A DNA stretch of 64,000 nucleotides from assembly GCA_903813345.2 (NCBI GenBank), contig CAIIXF020000001.1:39680001-39744000 (forward strand), given 5' to 3'. The translations under genes and the position numbers were made by a program. Shown here in pieces: positions 50,402 to 63,504 of this stretch. Source of the DNA: Owenia fusiformis. Its lineage: Eukaryota. Below the pieces are notes generated by a model that ran no database searches, had not been told where the DNA came from, and saw only the letters and a list, made by a program, of their open reading frames with translations. How positions within the stretch are numbered: position 1 is the stretch's first letter; each line of letters opens with the position of its first letter.

Positions 50402-53400
50402 TAATTGGTTATATCTCAAGCCAGGGTTGTTGAAAATTATTCTATTATATATCATTTTATTGCGAATTAAATTAAATCTTTAAAATGACAGATCATTGTT
50501 GGTGTTTCTGTTAAAAAATAATATTGGCTAGGGGTATTTTTGGCCCACCCTGTATATTATAAGATATTTTGTAACCATGTATGATATATTGTAATAAAAT
50601 TATACATAGTATACTCGCCTATTTTATTATCATTGTGTTTTATACTTGTTAAAGGGTCAGTATCTGTATTTCTGACATTATTTAAAGAATTCGACCCACT
50701 CTTTCTGTTTTGTAAATATCAAAACTTCAATATTTTTCAGGTGTATGTAGAATGGGAAATAATCGCCTATTGACATGAGATAAATAATCGGACGGTAAAA
50801 ATGCTATGCTACATATTATGAATAAATTGTGCTACTTTAAATGCATAGGCCGGGTGTGTATATTTGAAATTTATTAAATAATAAATATACACGTATTGTA
50901 TACTTTCAAGATAACGCGTTGATATTAATAGGAGCACCAAAGGTTTTCTCTATCAACATGGAAATAAAAGCAGCTCGTATGATGTACAATACTGATTGTA
51001 TAATCTAGAAAATGTAAATATTATGTCCATATGTTACATGTTAGGTTATATGTAATAAAGAAAATATCACTGAATCTATTAACTTGTATTGTGCTTTAAT
51101 TGCATGACTCACATTACGAGATAGCTTTATTAATTTATTGGTGATTTAGTTTTAGAAAAGAAAAAGAATCCCCAGCATAATTCTGGTTAACGCACAAAGA
51201 ACAACATCACCCACCTACCTTTAAAATGTTATTGTAACAATCCAATATCCACAATTAATAAGATATTTTATTCATAGTGACCCTTATATACGATATGATA
51301 GGAAACTGCCTTTTATAAAAACATATGGAAGTCGGAACCTGAAATTACTTATATTAAAGTAGAAATAACAACCAGTGATGAAGCCGTAATTTGACGTAAC
51401 GAAACGTATAACATAACGAAGTAAAAATATAAAACTCTACCAGAATAACAGGAGCCACCTTTTTTAATAAAATAAATCCAACCACAAAATGATTAAAAAA
51501 CTAACGTGGACATCTATCGAGTGTATTCGAAGACATAAGTAAACTAAGAATACTTGGGTCAGGTCAGTATACTTCGGCAAGAGTCAGAATAGATGGGTAG
51601 CCAAGAATACTTGGGCCTTCACACGCGTACTTGATTATTGTAAGGGAAACACTGATTGAAAGCATTCGTGGAAAGAGATTTTACATCAATAAAAATTAAA
51701 AATATATGACTATGTTTGCCTCCTTGGCATAATTAAAGTAGTGTGTATATGTACATATCTATTGCGATTTATATAAAGGAGATGAATGTATGTATTTATT
51801 ACTTAGTGAAATTGGAAAAAATGGATATGTACAAAAAGAAACGATCCCCTTTTCTTGACGAATGCCTTAGCTGCCGCGTAAATGCACTTCGAGATTGACA
51901 AAAGTGGTCAGATCGGACATGTACATTACGTAAACTTTACCAGCAATGCAACTGATTCAAATCAAAAGTACCTCCTTATAAATCGGACTATATGGATGAT
52001 TTTTTTCTTTGTCAATCGCCTGTAGCGATATTTCAGAAATGATAACAACTGGGATGATTTCTTTGTGAACCAGAGAACCATGAATAGATATATCTAATAA
52101 TGATTAGCAGGTCTGTACTATATGACCTTGCTTTCAAATGCACAATATTAATTGCCAATGACTGATTCCTAAAAGTGTATGAAATTAAAAATGTATAATT
52201 GATTTTTCTAAGGAAATCGTTCAGTCAACTAAAGGGGATTAGATAAACTTTATATTGCATCAAAGATTACGAGGTTTCCAAGCAAAATGATTGAATTTGG
52301 AAGACGTTGAAAAATTGAGGTTTCATTTGATGGGACGTTGAATGTCACAAGAACTTCGGACAAAACTTCGGACATATAATTTTTTATTCTTATATTGGGA
52401 AAGTGATTTAGTTTCGATTATTACTTTAGATCTAAGATCATCAATATCTAATCGTCACTTCTCCGGTTCTGAAGGAAATTTACTTGGTATCCATGATAAA
52501 TGCACAATCGAGCAGAAGAACAAGGTCTTCAATTGAATAAAACTATCTAGTATTCACTCGATACAAAAAATAATTTAAAGCTATAATTGTGATCTACTGG
52601 CGTGATGATATAGTATCACGTTTCTTTAAATCAGAATGCTTGAACTAGTTGAAGATGGACAGGTTTGATCAATCGTCTTAGCGTGCTACGTCAAGATCGA
52701 TGTTGTTCCACAATCCTTACAACTACCATTTGTCCAAAATCCACGATGCAGAAAAGGTGGTAACTGGTGCGAGGGCTACAACGATTTGCGGTGATATCAA
52801 TTATCTTAAAGCTTCCAAAAACAATATGACGATTAATTTAAGAACTTCCAAGTGAGGATTAGCCTTACGAAAATAACTTATCAGTACGGTAATGTCATGG
52901 GATACGATCCCGGGGATATAGCTCGTACGTGATTCCTTATTCCTCATCTCTCGCCTGTCTATAAATTCCCTTTGATGCCAACACCAGGGTAATCATGGTC
53001 GCCTAAGAACATTTAGTATTAATGCGATAACACGACTGGTTCAATATTTGAAATATTAGAAGTCCCTTTGTAAATGAAGTTAAAAGAGTCCATAAAATGT
53101 CGAGAAAGTGCCACAAAGAACTAGTAGGGGCAAAAATAACATTAATTTTATGTGGTATGTTATTATTCACATTAGCTTTGTTAGATTGAAATGTGATATT
53201 TTTAACTGTTTAGGGGCCTTACAGGGAAGAACACTTTTTTAATGGCGGCCCCAGTAAAACAAACGATCTCCGATTGTATGGTCCCAGGTGTGCATTAATA
53301 TTGGCAAATTTGCTGCACGTCACGTTGTTTTAACGTAACGATCCATTACGGAGAGCTACAATTTACATGATCAAAAAGTGTGACATACATTATGAGCATT

Positions 53401-56400
53401 TTTGGCAATTAAATATTGAGATTAAATACTGTAGATCAATAGCTAGCAAATTCCAAAGATGTCTTGTTTTTTCAGTTTGTTGTATTCTCAACAGCTTAAG
53501 CTGAAACCAGCTTATTCATGTAGATAATCATAGTACCTGTACGTATATTTACAGCTGGTACCGCGAATGCATATCACACCTTTTTAAACGTCAAATAACG
53601 AACAAATAACTTAATGTATACGAACTGACATTGTCATCTCTGGATTAACAAACTTGCCAGAAACACGTAGATATAACAATCCTTTTCATTTGACATCATA
53701 TCGCCGAGATATCGTAACATATCTATGAGACTACACAACTCAAGGGGCCTATCAGCCACCTTAAAAGAGCAAATAAAGAGTAATTTCCTTACATTGACTT
53801 ACTCATTACTAAGTCATTGTTTTATGAAAGCCGATACACTTTGGGGAGGCATCTACAAATTCTACATCTCTAACGGTTATATTGACTTATCAGGTAAGCC
53901 CTCATTGGTAGTAACATCTTACTTTGGAGGGTCGATAAATTAGTTCGTTTCATCGTACTTCTCTTACTCTACAGCATGACTAATAGTTCCAATTCTGAAC
54001 AGGTGTAATATAAGTCTTGTGTGGTTAATCATCTGTATAAATGAATCTGTACCTTTTGTTTCTTATGTTAAGTTATGTAAGATTGCATTATGAAGCGTTC
54101 TAAACTTGATGAATCTCGCCATGGTACTCGACATTGAAATATGTAAACCCTTTGGCATTTACAGACTAAATCAATACCCTTATATATGCATTATAAAATC
54201 CAGTTCAGCAATAATAATCCCTATATAAACTTGACTTATGACTTCCAGGTGACGGCATCCTCGAGCACAATTATCTTTCTTCGAATCATCCTACACGCCA
54301 AAATCAATGTGCTTTAACAACATAATCGATCTACGACGTCAAATTAATTACAACAAACGTGCATAGCCATTCCCAAAACTCCGATGGAGATGGTTTCTGC
54401 TGATGAATATGACGTTTTATCAGAAAATAATCATAATGTTTGAATGGCAAATGGTGTCAGCATGCGGTTGGAGATGACGGACGTAATTACGTCCTTTGGC
54501 CTTTGTTTGTTTGAATTCTCAACGGCTAGTTTCAAAATATAACACGTCATCGTAATGTTTTAATCGATGTTAAATTATTCCTTACATATTTCTTTTTCTT
54601 GTGAAATATAGATTTTAGAAAAATTTTGAACCGCCATTGAATGACGTCATTTGTCTGTCGATTTGATCAACCAGTGACGCTGTCCTCTCAATACACATTA
54701 GCATTATAGACATATGTCTTCCCTGAACCTTGCGGTTTCCCCCTCTTTGCCAACATGGTTTTTCAAGCATTGATCAAAATTGTACATTGTGTTCATGTAT
54801 TAAGGTTTTAAAATTATTAACATCGTCTTCCAAGTATATATTTTCTGCTTTTGGTGTTCTTCTATGGGTATTTACAGTTCATAAATCGTAACATTTTAGG
54901 GGTCGATGGTTTAATGGTATAATTATTCCAAAATGTTCCGATTAAGCTTACATTTATCAAATAGCCATTTTCTGAGTTATGTGAGGATGTTATCAATTTA
55001 GGCCTGGTAAGAAAAAGGCAATACGAAACTGTTGCCATTGTAAACGCATTAGTGATATGATCCGGGTACAAAGTCAATCTATGGAAAAATTGCAATGTTT
55101 GTTTTGCGCCATCAAAGTGTACATCTGCGAGCCATTATTTTGCCGGTCATTTTTTTCGGGTAATCGTGATAAAAACACGTTCGAGTCTTGGAAATCTTTC
55201 TACCAGATATGGTTTTGAATGAACTTAAAATCACAATGAAAAACATCCTGTAACCCTTTTCTAGGATCCGTAAGAGATGATAACGCACAATATAGCTATA
55301 GACTTCAAGACTAAATCATTGAACATCAAGTCAACATTTTCCGACCTTTCGACTTAGACCAATCACTAAATCAGCAATGTTTCCTATCTTTGACCATATC
55401 AAACATTGTGTTTGCACAGCTAGAAGAGATACCATGGGACTTAATTAGAAAGAAGTAGATGAAATAATTTATAACTCTATATGCAATTTAGAAGATTACC
55501 TGATATTGACGTATTGGTAAATCAAGTAAATAGGTAGTTTGCAGCGGACTGCATGTAGCATATATGGGCGGCTTGCTCAATATACTATTAAACCTATTAT
55601 CTTCCATCATAAGAGTTACTCTGATTTTCCCTAATCGATAGCCATATTCGCTGCTTTAAATCAGTTGTCAAATCCACTTTACTCTATTATTACTAAGCCA
55701 TGGAAATTATTTTTCGATGTCGTTGGATGTCGTGGTTGATTAGACCATATAGGAGTCGTTCACTTGGACTTGCTTTTCCTTGTTCACCGGTGTCATAATT
55801 CATGTTATAAACCTAATTGACTCGATTGTAATAGTGGCTTTGAGTTCTCTCAACTCTGTCAAAAATGCAATAATGTTCAAATCAAGCTGAGGTTTCAATA
55901 ATATTTTCAATTTCATCTCGTGTACGATCTGGGTCAACGTGTATTTATTATCCTTCAATATTAATCTAATGTATACCATCTTTCATATTCCGACAAATTG
56001 AACTCCAGATTGGCATCAACCCCAACGCAATACGAAACTCCACTGCTTCCGATCTCTCTTAGGGAGAATCCTTAATTGAATGCCAAAACGACTGATGTTC
56101 TCAATTCTAATGTACCATCAGTCAAATATAAGACACACTGAAGGAAAAGTATATCGAAACATTTTCCCTGTTGATATAGCTTAATATGAAATATCCCATT
56201 GAATACTAATTTAACGTTATCATGTATCTCTTTGATTAAAACTATTGTTTAAAAGGAAAATGGGTAGTTACATTGATATTTTGAACAAAACATACATCAT
56301 ATGTTTTATTTATTGTTTTGAATCGTCTCAGATTTCTTAAAAAAATCATGATGCGCATTAAGCCCACACTTAAGGTACAGTGTACATTTATATTTGTTTG

Positions 56401-56955
56401 ACAAATCCCACCGAACAAAACATATTTTGATTATTAGTGGCCATCTTGAAAATTCTTTCTTGAGCAGAGCTTGTTTGTCCCTAGGCATCAACATGTAAAC
56501 CATATCCGTTAATTAGCATTTGAGTTATCAAAGATTACATTTCTTTTTTTATGGAAAATGGCAGCCATTTGGAATTGAGCGGTCATATTGAAAATTCCTT
56601 TTGAGCAGAGGTCCTTCACACATAAGGCATAAGCCTATAAAATTTTAATTAATTCTGTCAACCGGTATTCGGACACACTAACGGACGGACGGACGTCTTG
56701 TAATATATACTGTAGATACACTGTCCCACATGTTTTGTTAAAGAGCGACTGAAGCATACAATCTTTCCACCAAGATAAACTCAGACCAACATTTGGATAT
56801 CTACATCATGTAGTTAGATTATAATTGATTTTATTTATTTGTCATATCCAGTATTAAATTATTATAGGTTTAAACCCATATTAATATTGAAGTCATATTG
56901 ACGGACGGACGGCTTTCCTATATCCCCCTCGAACTTCGTTCGGTGGGATAATAAA
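56401..56955 (+). mobile_element. Helentron-associated non-autonomous element (HINE/DINE-1-like)
   Basis: ATCCCACCGAAC (56405-56416) is inverted as GTTCGGTGGGAT (56938-56949). It has degenerate core repeats, (GACG)n microsatellites and a short 3' stem-loop, with no TSD. Confidence 0.7.
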
Positions 56956-57801
56956 CATAGTGTAAACTGTCGAAGCGGTCATTTTGAATAAAAATGCATG
57001 TATGTATATAGTATCTATATTCGTTTCTCATTAATTAAATTGTAAACCTTCCAGACATTACATCTGACTTTTGAAGTATAACAAGAGATGGTTGGATGAC
57101 TGGGTGAGTTAAGATAAGTCGGAGGAATGTTTTCTTTCCTTGTTTCCCATACTTCTCAGTTTTACAAGGAAACATGACATTTTGGTTGGTCGCGGAATAA
57201 AGAAATGTTGCCCGGTCGTGCTGGTTGAATAACCGACAGAAATTGATCATTCTCTGTTAATGTAAATCTGTAAATTTAGTCTGTCTCATGAATTCTTAAA
57301 TTGATCAATGTAATTGTAATTTGAGATAAACAAAGAACTGTTTTAAGATCATTTTCTGAAAATACCTTTCTGACTGTAGTTTCACGTATCTGTCTATGCT
57401 TGTTTAATGTTACGAGAACCTGTTTGAGCTTGCCATTTTGTATATCACGATCCATCTCTACACCGGGACTAACTACCAAGTATTAGGTTTACAATAATAC
57501 TGCTGAATACAAGCTACCTGTTTCATCTCGCTCACCTGGTGATATCCATTTGGAAAGAGTTACACTAGTATGCTAGAGGTACTTCCTTTGCTTTGTTCAC
57601 GTCAAACTTAACTATGTAATAATGCAAGATTCCTATGTCTGGTTGTGATCGCAGCCATCTTGGGGTAGTTAGAAGCTGAGTTTGTGCCAATGTGTATGAT
57701 TAATACATGTACGTAACAATATATATGATTGAGGATGTCAAAATGAAAATCACTGAGCCATATAAATTCGTAAAGTTGATAAGGACACGGATCATCACTT
57801 A

Positions 57802-58799
57802 CAGGGTGGTCCAAAAAAAAGTGAACCCCTGCAACTGGCCATATTTCCCTTATTACTTGCAGGAATTCTTTTTTATTTTCACATGTTGTAGAGGAAGGTC
57901 TAAAATTTATGTTGGTACCATACATTTTTCTTAGTCTTGAAATTTGCAGAAATTATAAGCCCTAACCAAACATAACTGAAAATGGACAAATTGTGATTTT
58001 CAATATCCGCGATTCTTCAACCCTTTAACACCCTTCCCCTGAGAATTTTTTAAGCTGCAGTCTTAAAGAACTAATATTTTCTGACTTTGTTCAATTTTAA
58101 ATCCTGCACATTATGGCTTAAAACTAGCATTCTACATTTGTTAGTTGCAAAGTTATTGTGATCCAAAGAGATGTGCTAAGCTTCCACAGACGAAAACATT
58201 TTCCAGTGAAATCATGAACATACCCCTATATGATCTTGAAATGTCAATATCTTCATAAATCATGGACCAATTCTAATGATATATGGCTCAAAACATTGAA
58301 CATTGAATTTTCTTTTGATTTTTTAAAGATATTTGATGAAGGGGTTATCAGATTCCTGGTCACAGGGGGCAACTTCCTTCCATAAGAGGCCCCCCTCTAA
58401 CTGTTGGTGTAGGTAACATACCCCTGAACTGTTGAACAGTTTAAAATGCTTCAAAATGATCAATGAAAGTGTGAAATGTGTTTTCTGCTTGAATAGTGTC
58501 CCTTTTGTCATATGGTAGGGTTTTAAACTTGTATCTCTAACTGAAAGCTGTTTAAAATCATCCAATGTGTTTCAACAATTTCCGTGGATCACATTTGTAA
58601 AATTTTGTACAATATCTAATTTCCAGGCATGTTTGTTAAACGCTTGTAATTTCTTCAAAATTTAAGACTGAGAATAAATTATGGCATCAACCAAAATTTT
58701 AGACCTTTCTCTACAACATGTGATAATATGAGCCAATTCATGCATGTATTATGAAAAATGTAGCCTGTTGCAGGGGTTCACTTTTTTTGGACCACCCTG
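57802..58799. mobile_element. Tc1/mariner-type MITE
   Basis: TA|CAGGGTGGTCCAAAAAAAAGTGAACCCCTGCAAC ... GTTGCAGGGGTTCACTTTTTTTGGACCACCCTG|TA. Imperfect inversion continues ~150 bp inward. Confidence 0.92.
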
Positions 58800-61700
58800 T
58801 ACAACGTTCGAATCATTCGCAATTCATTAACATGAAATAACTTGAGATAAAAGTGAATCGAAAGAATAGCTCAGAAGCGATTGTGGAAAAACTAGCTAGC
58901 TCATGATGAATGAAACAAAGATGATGCGATCACATTCAAACAGAGACTGGTACAGATAAACCGTCGGGACGAAGATATTGCTTTGGGCACATCTTGGATT
59001 TCTAATCTGATTAAAGACACATCGCAAATCAAGCAACATCGGCGAGAGGCCTTGAAGCTTCAGAAAGTGTGGAGTGCAACCAACTCCAAAGAAAGAAAAA
59101 TTGACATTACTTGATTACTAACATATCTTATCTCTTCGAGCATGTGACATGTTCGACTATTTACATGTATTTTCCCTCTTTTGTAATTATTTTCCTTGTA
59201 AGTTTGAATTAGTATTAGTCCCCCGAGAAACTAGCATAGATTGTTGCATGACATGAAACAGCGTACAATATGCCAACATGACGAGCTACTATGTCTTGAT
59301 TCGCGGACTACCTAGGTTCATTTATATCGACTGTCCATTCATGCATGTAAGCATCGTCGCTTTCCACTGGGTCTAGAGACTGAGGTAGGAACAATCGAAA
59401 CCTTGTGAATCAAGATGGCATGTAAAACGATGATACATTTTGCTTGATATAAAGATAATTTGACTTACACTGAGTTGAAACGGAGTGATATAGGTCCCTT
59501 ATGATAAAGATAGAGCTAAAGTAGTGTATGGATCAGTCTTGAATAAACATTATCATAGCCTCACTTGCTGAAGAACATAATTAATAACATCCATAGCTAA
59601 TTTATCTCTATCTTTCAAGTTGCTGAACAGAACGATTCAATCCTATATCATAAATCATATAATTCGATGCATACATATCTATGATAATGCCAAAAGTTTA
59701 CGGCTTACCTTATTGCCGGATCCGGATCGAGGCACCATATCGAACTTCTGTCTATTGAAATGTCACTATCTATCATATATATTGTAACCAGAAATCCATT
59801 GGTTCCAAAGCCTTGCGAGAAAAGATCAAAACGCCTACACGCTCTCTGGAACAGTGCTTCTACTATCAACAATAGTCCTACAGTGTTTTGTGATAATCTT
59901 ATTTTTGAACAATCTTTAGTCTCACGCTATGTTTCAGTTCGATTCCAACAGTGGTTCCATACTCATCTGTCTACGTGAATTCTTTCTCACTTAATGTACG
60001 GATAATGGAGGAAATTAGCCTATTTGTATTCTCCTTGTCTTTCTCAATTCGGCTGGTAGTAAAGTCCCAAATGAATAATACAGATGCGACACTTCCTCCT
60101 AATTGTGCTTTTAAACAATTAGCCTTTGTAGCATTCTGTTACTTACCACACAGGCAACAATATCACTTCTGGAAACATAAACTTCCAAGATCTAATTAAC
60201 AATCTGCCGACGCTGGACATGAAAAATATTCCTCCAAATAAACAGTGATTTTATTTGAGAGAGGGAAATCACGATGTTTATATAACAGTTCTGTTGCGTG
60301 TCTTTCTATCTATTGCCATTCCTCGTCGATGTTCTACAGGTTTTCTCAAAGTGAAACATGTTTCTATTTGATTAACCCTGAACTTAACAATCGCTTTGTT
60401 ACTCCTTCCTTACTAACGGCCGGTTCCTTTTAGCTAAGAATATCACTCGCACCTGAATTTGCTTCTTCACGGTCTGGATATTTTTCTCTAATGAAATTAA
60501 TAGCATTCCTATTTGCCATTTCGTTTGTTTTAGCCCGTTGGTCTTCAAGTGCTTCGAGTTAATAGTAATATACTAAAGTTGTGACCATGGGAATATAAGT
60601 TCATAACTGAATAGCTATTCCATGTTCCAGCTCCGAATGCTGACTGGCGGTAAATGCAGAAAGAAATCGTATATCTTCACTAAGACAATTATGCACATAC
60701 AAATCATTAGAATATTGATCAAATATGGAATGTTCAGTTTTCTCGACCAAGTTTTATGGCCCCTTTCAAATGTTACTCTCGTGATGTTCGTAGTTTTGCC
60801 GAGTCCCTTAGGATTGTAGAAAGTTATGAGGATATTCAAATGCTAAAAGTATAGGAATTTTGATTTTGAGGAGTAGTATCTATCATCACAGGCCCCCAGT
60901 CTTTCAGTGTTACATTTATCACCTGTCTGATTAGAAATCCTTAGTCGCACTTGACTTAACTAAACTCTCAACTAAGCTAATATAGCCAAGTGTACTTTTC
61001 TTTTTTAGAGAATCCAAACACAATAACATGTAGAGAACCCAAGCGGGTACTCAAGGCAATTTTTGCAAGGAATTCAAGAAAATCGAAATAAGAAACGATA
61101 TACCTTAAGAACGTCAGTGTTCTTCGCTCTCATATAGACAGCTTGTCGTTATAACATGTTCCACTTAACATCACTGCATATCATAATAGACTTTGCTATA
61201 GGAACGTCTGAGCTGATACATTATATTCTCCTTGACAGCACATAAATGATACTTTCATTGTTTTATTTGATAATATTGACGAATGTATTATTACCAGTCT
61301 AAGTTAACCTTACAGACCGAGGCGGAGTTAAGTATCTTGGTCTCCGCTATGGTTATTAACTTGTGTCTGGTGAAGCTAAAAAGGCTAACGCACTATCAAA
61401 GTTCGCTAAATTGAAAAAGAACTTTTGAATGTAGTAGATATAATATATTGAGATGAAAGGTTTATCGAAAAACCATATTGTTTCTTGTCAGGCTCTTAGT
61501 TATTAGCGTTGGCGTCTGGATATATAATCATGATCAAATTTGCCAACAAGTAATTTGTTATATTAAATAAGCCATAACGATGGTGGGCCTATGGAGCCTT
61601 TGAGCAACAATATAATTGATGACATTGAAGGAATACATAAAAAGGCCATATGTACAAAATGTTACAGCCATTTTTGCATCATCCAACAAAATACATTTAA

Positions 61701-62308
61701 AGTCGACAGCATGATTAATATTTATAAACATGAATTCTCGTATGGTATGCATAGTGGAAAAGGAGGTTAAATGGAGTCGCAAAATAAAGAAAAGGTAGAA
61801 ATCACATTGAAACCACAAAACATAGATTTCTCAGTAGCTCTTAGTAATTTTCTCTTTTTGATTCTTGATATTATTACTGAAATTGAGGAAGAAGAAAGGT
61901 TCTCGGCGCCAGGCTACCCACCACTATAAATAATGTAAAACGATTGAGTGTATACAGTATTAAACAAGCTATTTATTTATTGGCTGGAGCCTGGCTAATA
62001 TAATTTTATTTTCTTTCTCACACCAGTTTTCATGGAAAGCAATATAAAAAATATAAAAATTAAGCAATTGATATTTGGCTAACATTCTTTTGATTTGTTA
62101 CATCTTTCGATATGTAATATAGTTTATTGATGTTTGAGTTTTTTTACTATCAAATCACTTGCCCCTTTTCGATGTTATATCAGTAGAAATATGTCGTGCA
62201 AACCCCAGGCTTATTGGCAAATTAGGAGAACTTATTAAGAGTAATTAATTATGGATGATATATCGAACCGTCAGCTCTTCCGAACTACTCTGCCCTTTCT
62301 TCCTTAAT

Positions 62309-62636
62309 ATGGTCGACTTATCACGAGCCGTGTCGCTCCTTCTCGTGGCTTTGCTGTTAATCAGCTGGACCTCATCAGTTGAATCTATTTCCTTTTATCA
62401 TGTTATCCAGGGCTCTAGTGTGTCAGCAGTTGTGGAAAAGTTTCGATGAGAACGCTATGACAAATGTTACCAATGGGATTTTTTGTTAAATAGATCATAC
62501 ATTTGGGAGACTGCTTGTAAATCATGCGAAACTGAATGTCTCATGGAATTAATAAAGATATTTCATTTTCACGACTTGTATTCGTCTTCTTTGTAATATT
62601 GAAATTAAGTTCTGCATATTCGTTTTGAGGGCATGA
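62309..62636 (+). pseudogene. Possible decayed gene for a small secreted Cys-rich (Ly6/three-finger-like) protein
   Basis: Signal-peptide-like MVDLSRAVSLLLVALLLISWTSSVES is followed by Cys-containing pieces in different frames (SCYPG..CVSSCG, ACKSCETEC, TCIRLLCN). The reading needs several frameshifts and stops. Confidence 0.3.
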
Positions 62637-62723
62637 TCACCCAGGGTGTGTTACAAAAAAGGATTGGTATTCATTAGGAATTCCAAGCTGTGACTTGTAT
62701 ACGACACTGGGGTTTAGAGCTTA

Positions 62724-63432
62724 TTATTATATACCCAATATGTAACACTAATCCTGATTGGTCAATACCTAGTCACGTGTTCCGAAATAGATTTACTATT
62801 TCCCTCGGAAAGTTATATTCCCTCAAATGTGACGTCAGCGGGAATATACATTTGAACTATTGCCCGCTGACGTCACAATTGCAAGTTCTATTACCCTTGG
62901 AAACGTCTGCGCATCATCACTGCGCAGACGAAAAACCGAAAAATGGAGGATGAGCACAAACACAAATCAACTCCGTTCACCATGACAGACGTGCGTGAAC
63001 GATACAATATAAGCAACGTGTATAAAGTTCCCTAAGCTCAATACGTCTGTGTAATTTCAAGTGTTATGATAATCTATTCCGCGTGTTAAACGCGATTGAA
63101 TTTGTCAAGTGAGAGTCTCAGAGGCAAAAATTTCTGTTGAGCATCTGATGACGTCACAGCTTATAATGCTAACAATGGACCCGGGGAGGGGGCTTTCTAA
63201 GCCTTTTTGGCCTTCGCAGAGGAAACGGGACAAGAGTCAGTATAGGGTATATAATAAAACAAATAGTGACTGCCTAATTTCGAGCAATAGTGTAAATGAT
63301 TTCCCCTTGGGAATATCCTCTACAATGTACTATTCCCTCAGCCTGCGGCTTCGGGAATAGTACATTGTAGAGGATATTCCCTCGGGGAAATAATTTACAC
63401 TATTGCCCTCAATGGCAGTCACTATTTGTATA
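62724..63432 (+). mobile_element. Long-3'-hairpin (Crypton-like) element, copy B
   Basis: Direct repeat of 22363-23071 at offset 40361. I count only 4 substitutions by eye. Confidence 0.9.
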
Positions 63433-63465
63433 CTAGTATACACATAGTATTTTCGAAAACGAAAA

Positions 63466-63504
63466 GTGTGTTGAGGACCATAACTCATATGGTCCTCAAC
63501 ACAC
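63466..63504. repeat. Perfect 17-bp stem-loop
   Basis: gtgtgttgaggaccata-actca-tatggtcctcaacacac. Confidence 0.9.

Larger units (their letters stand above)
43932..51623 (+). mobile_element. 7.7-kb decayed Ginger1-like DNA transposon
   Basis: CGCGTA|TGTGAAGGCCCAAGTATTCTTGGCTACC ... GGTAGCCAAGAATACTTGGGCCTTCACA|CGCGTA. The TIR is clear for ~135 bp and imperfect to ~200 bp. Same-strand exon remnants resemble the N-terminal YPYY region, an integrase zinc-finger region and an OTU protease. Confidence 0.8.

Noticed and set aside
31940..50555. Solo CACCCTGTA ends near 31957 and 50553 as parts of larger elements
   Set aside because: No matching left TIRs were found; these are truncated remnants with undefined boundaries.
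54479..54494. 16-bp perfect palindrome ggacgtaattacgtcc
   Set aside because: About one palindrome of this length is expected by chance in 64 kb.
57035..57790. Minus-strand VLIIHIGTN, like the SGNH-hydrolase ORF1 of CR1/L2 elements
   Set aside because: One partial motif only; the other blocks are not convincingly present.
59760..60560. Protein-like minus-strand frame with scattered stops
   Set aside because: It cannot be assigned to any family by eye and needs a TBLASTX search.
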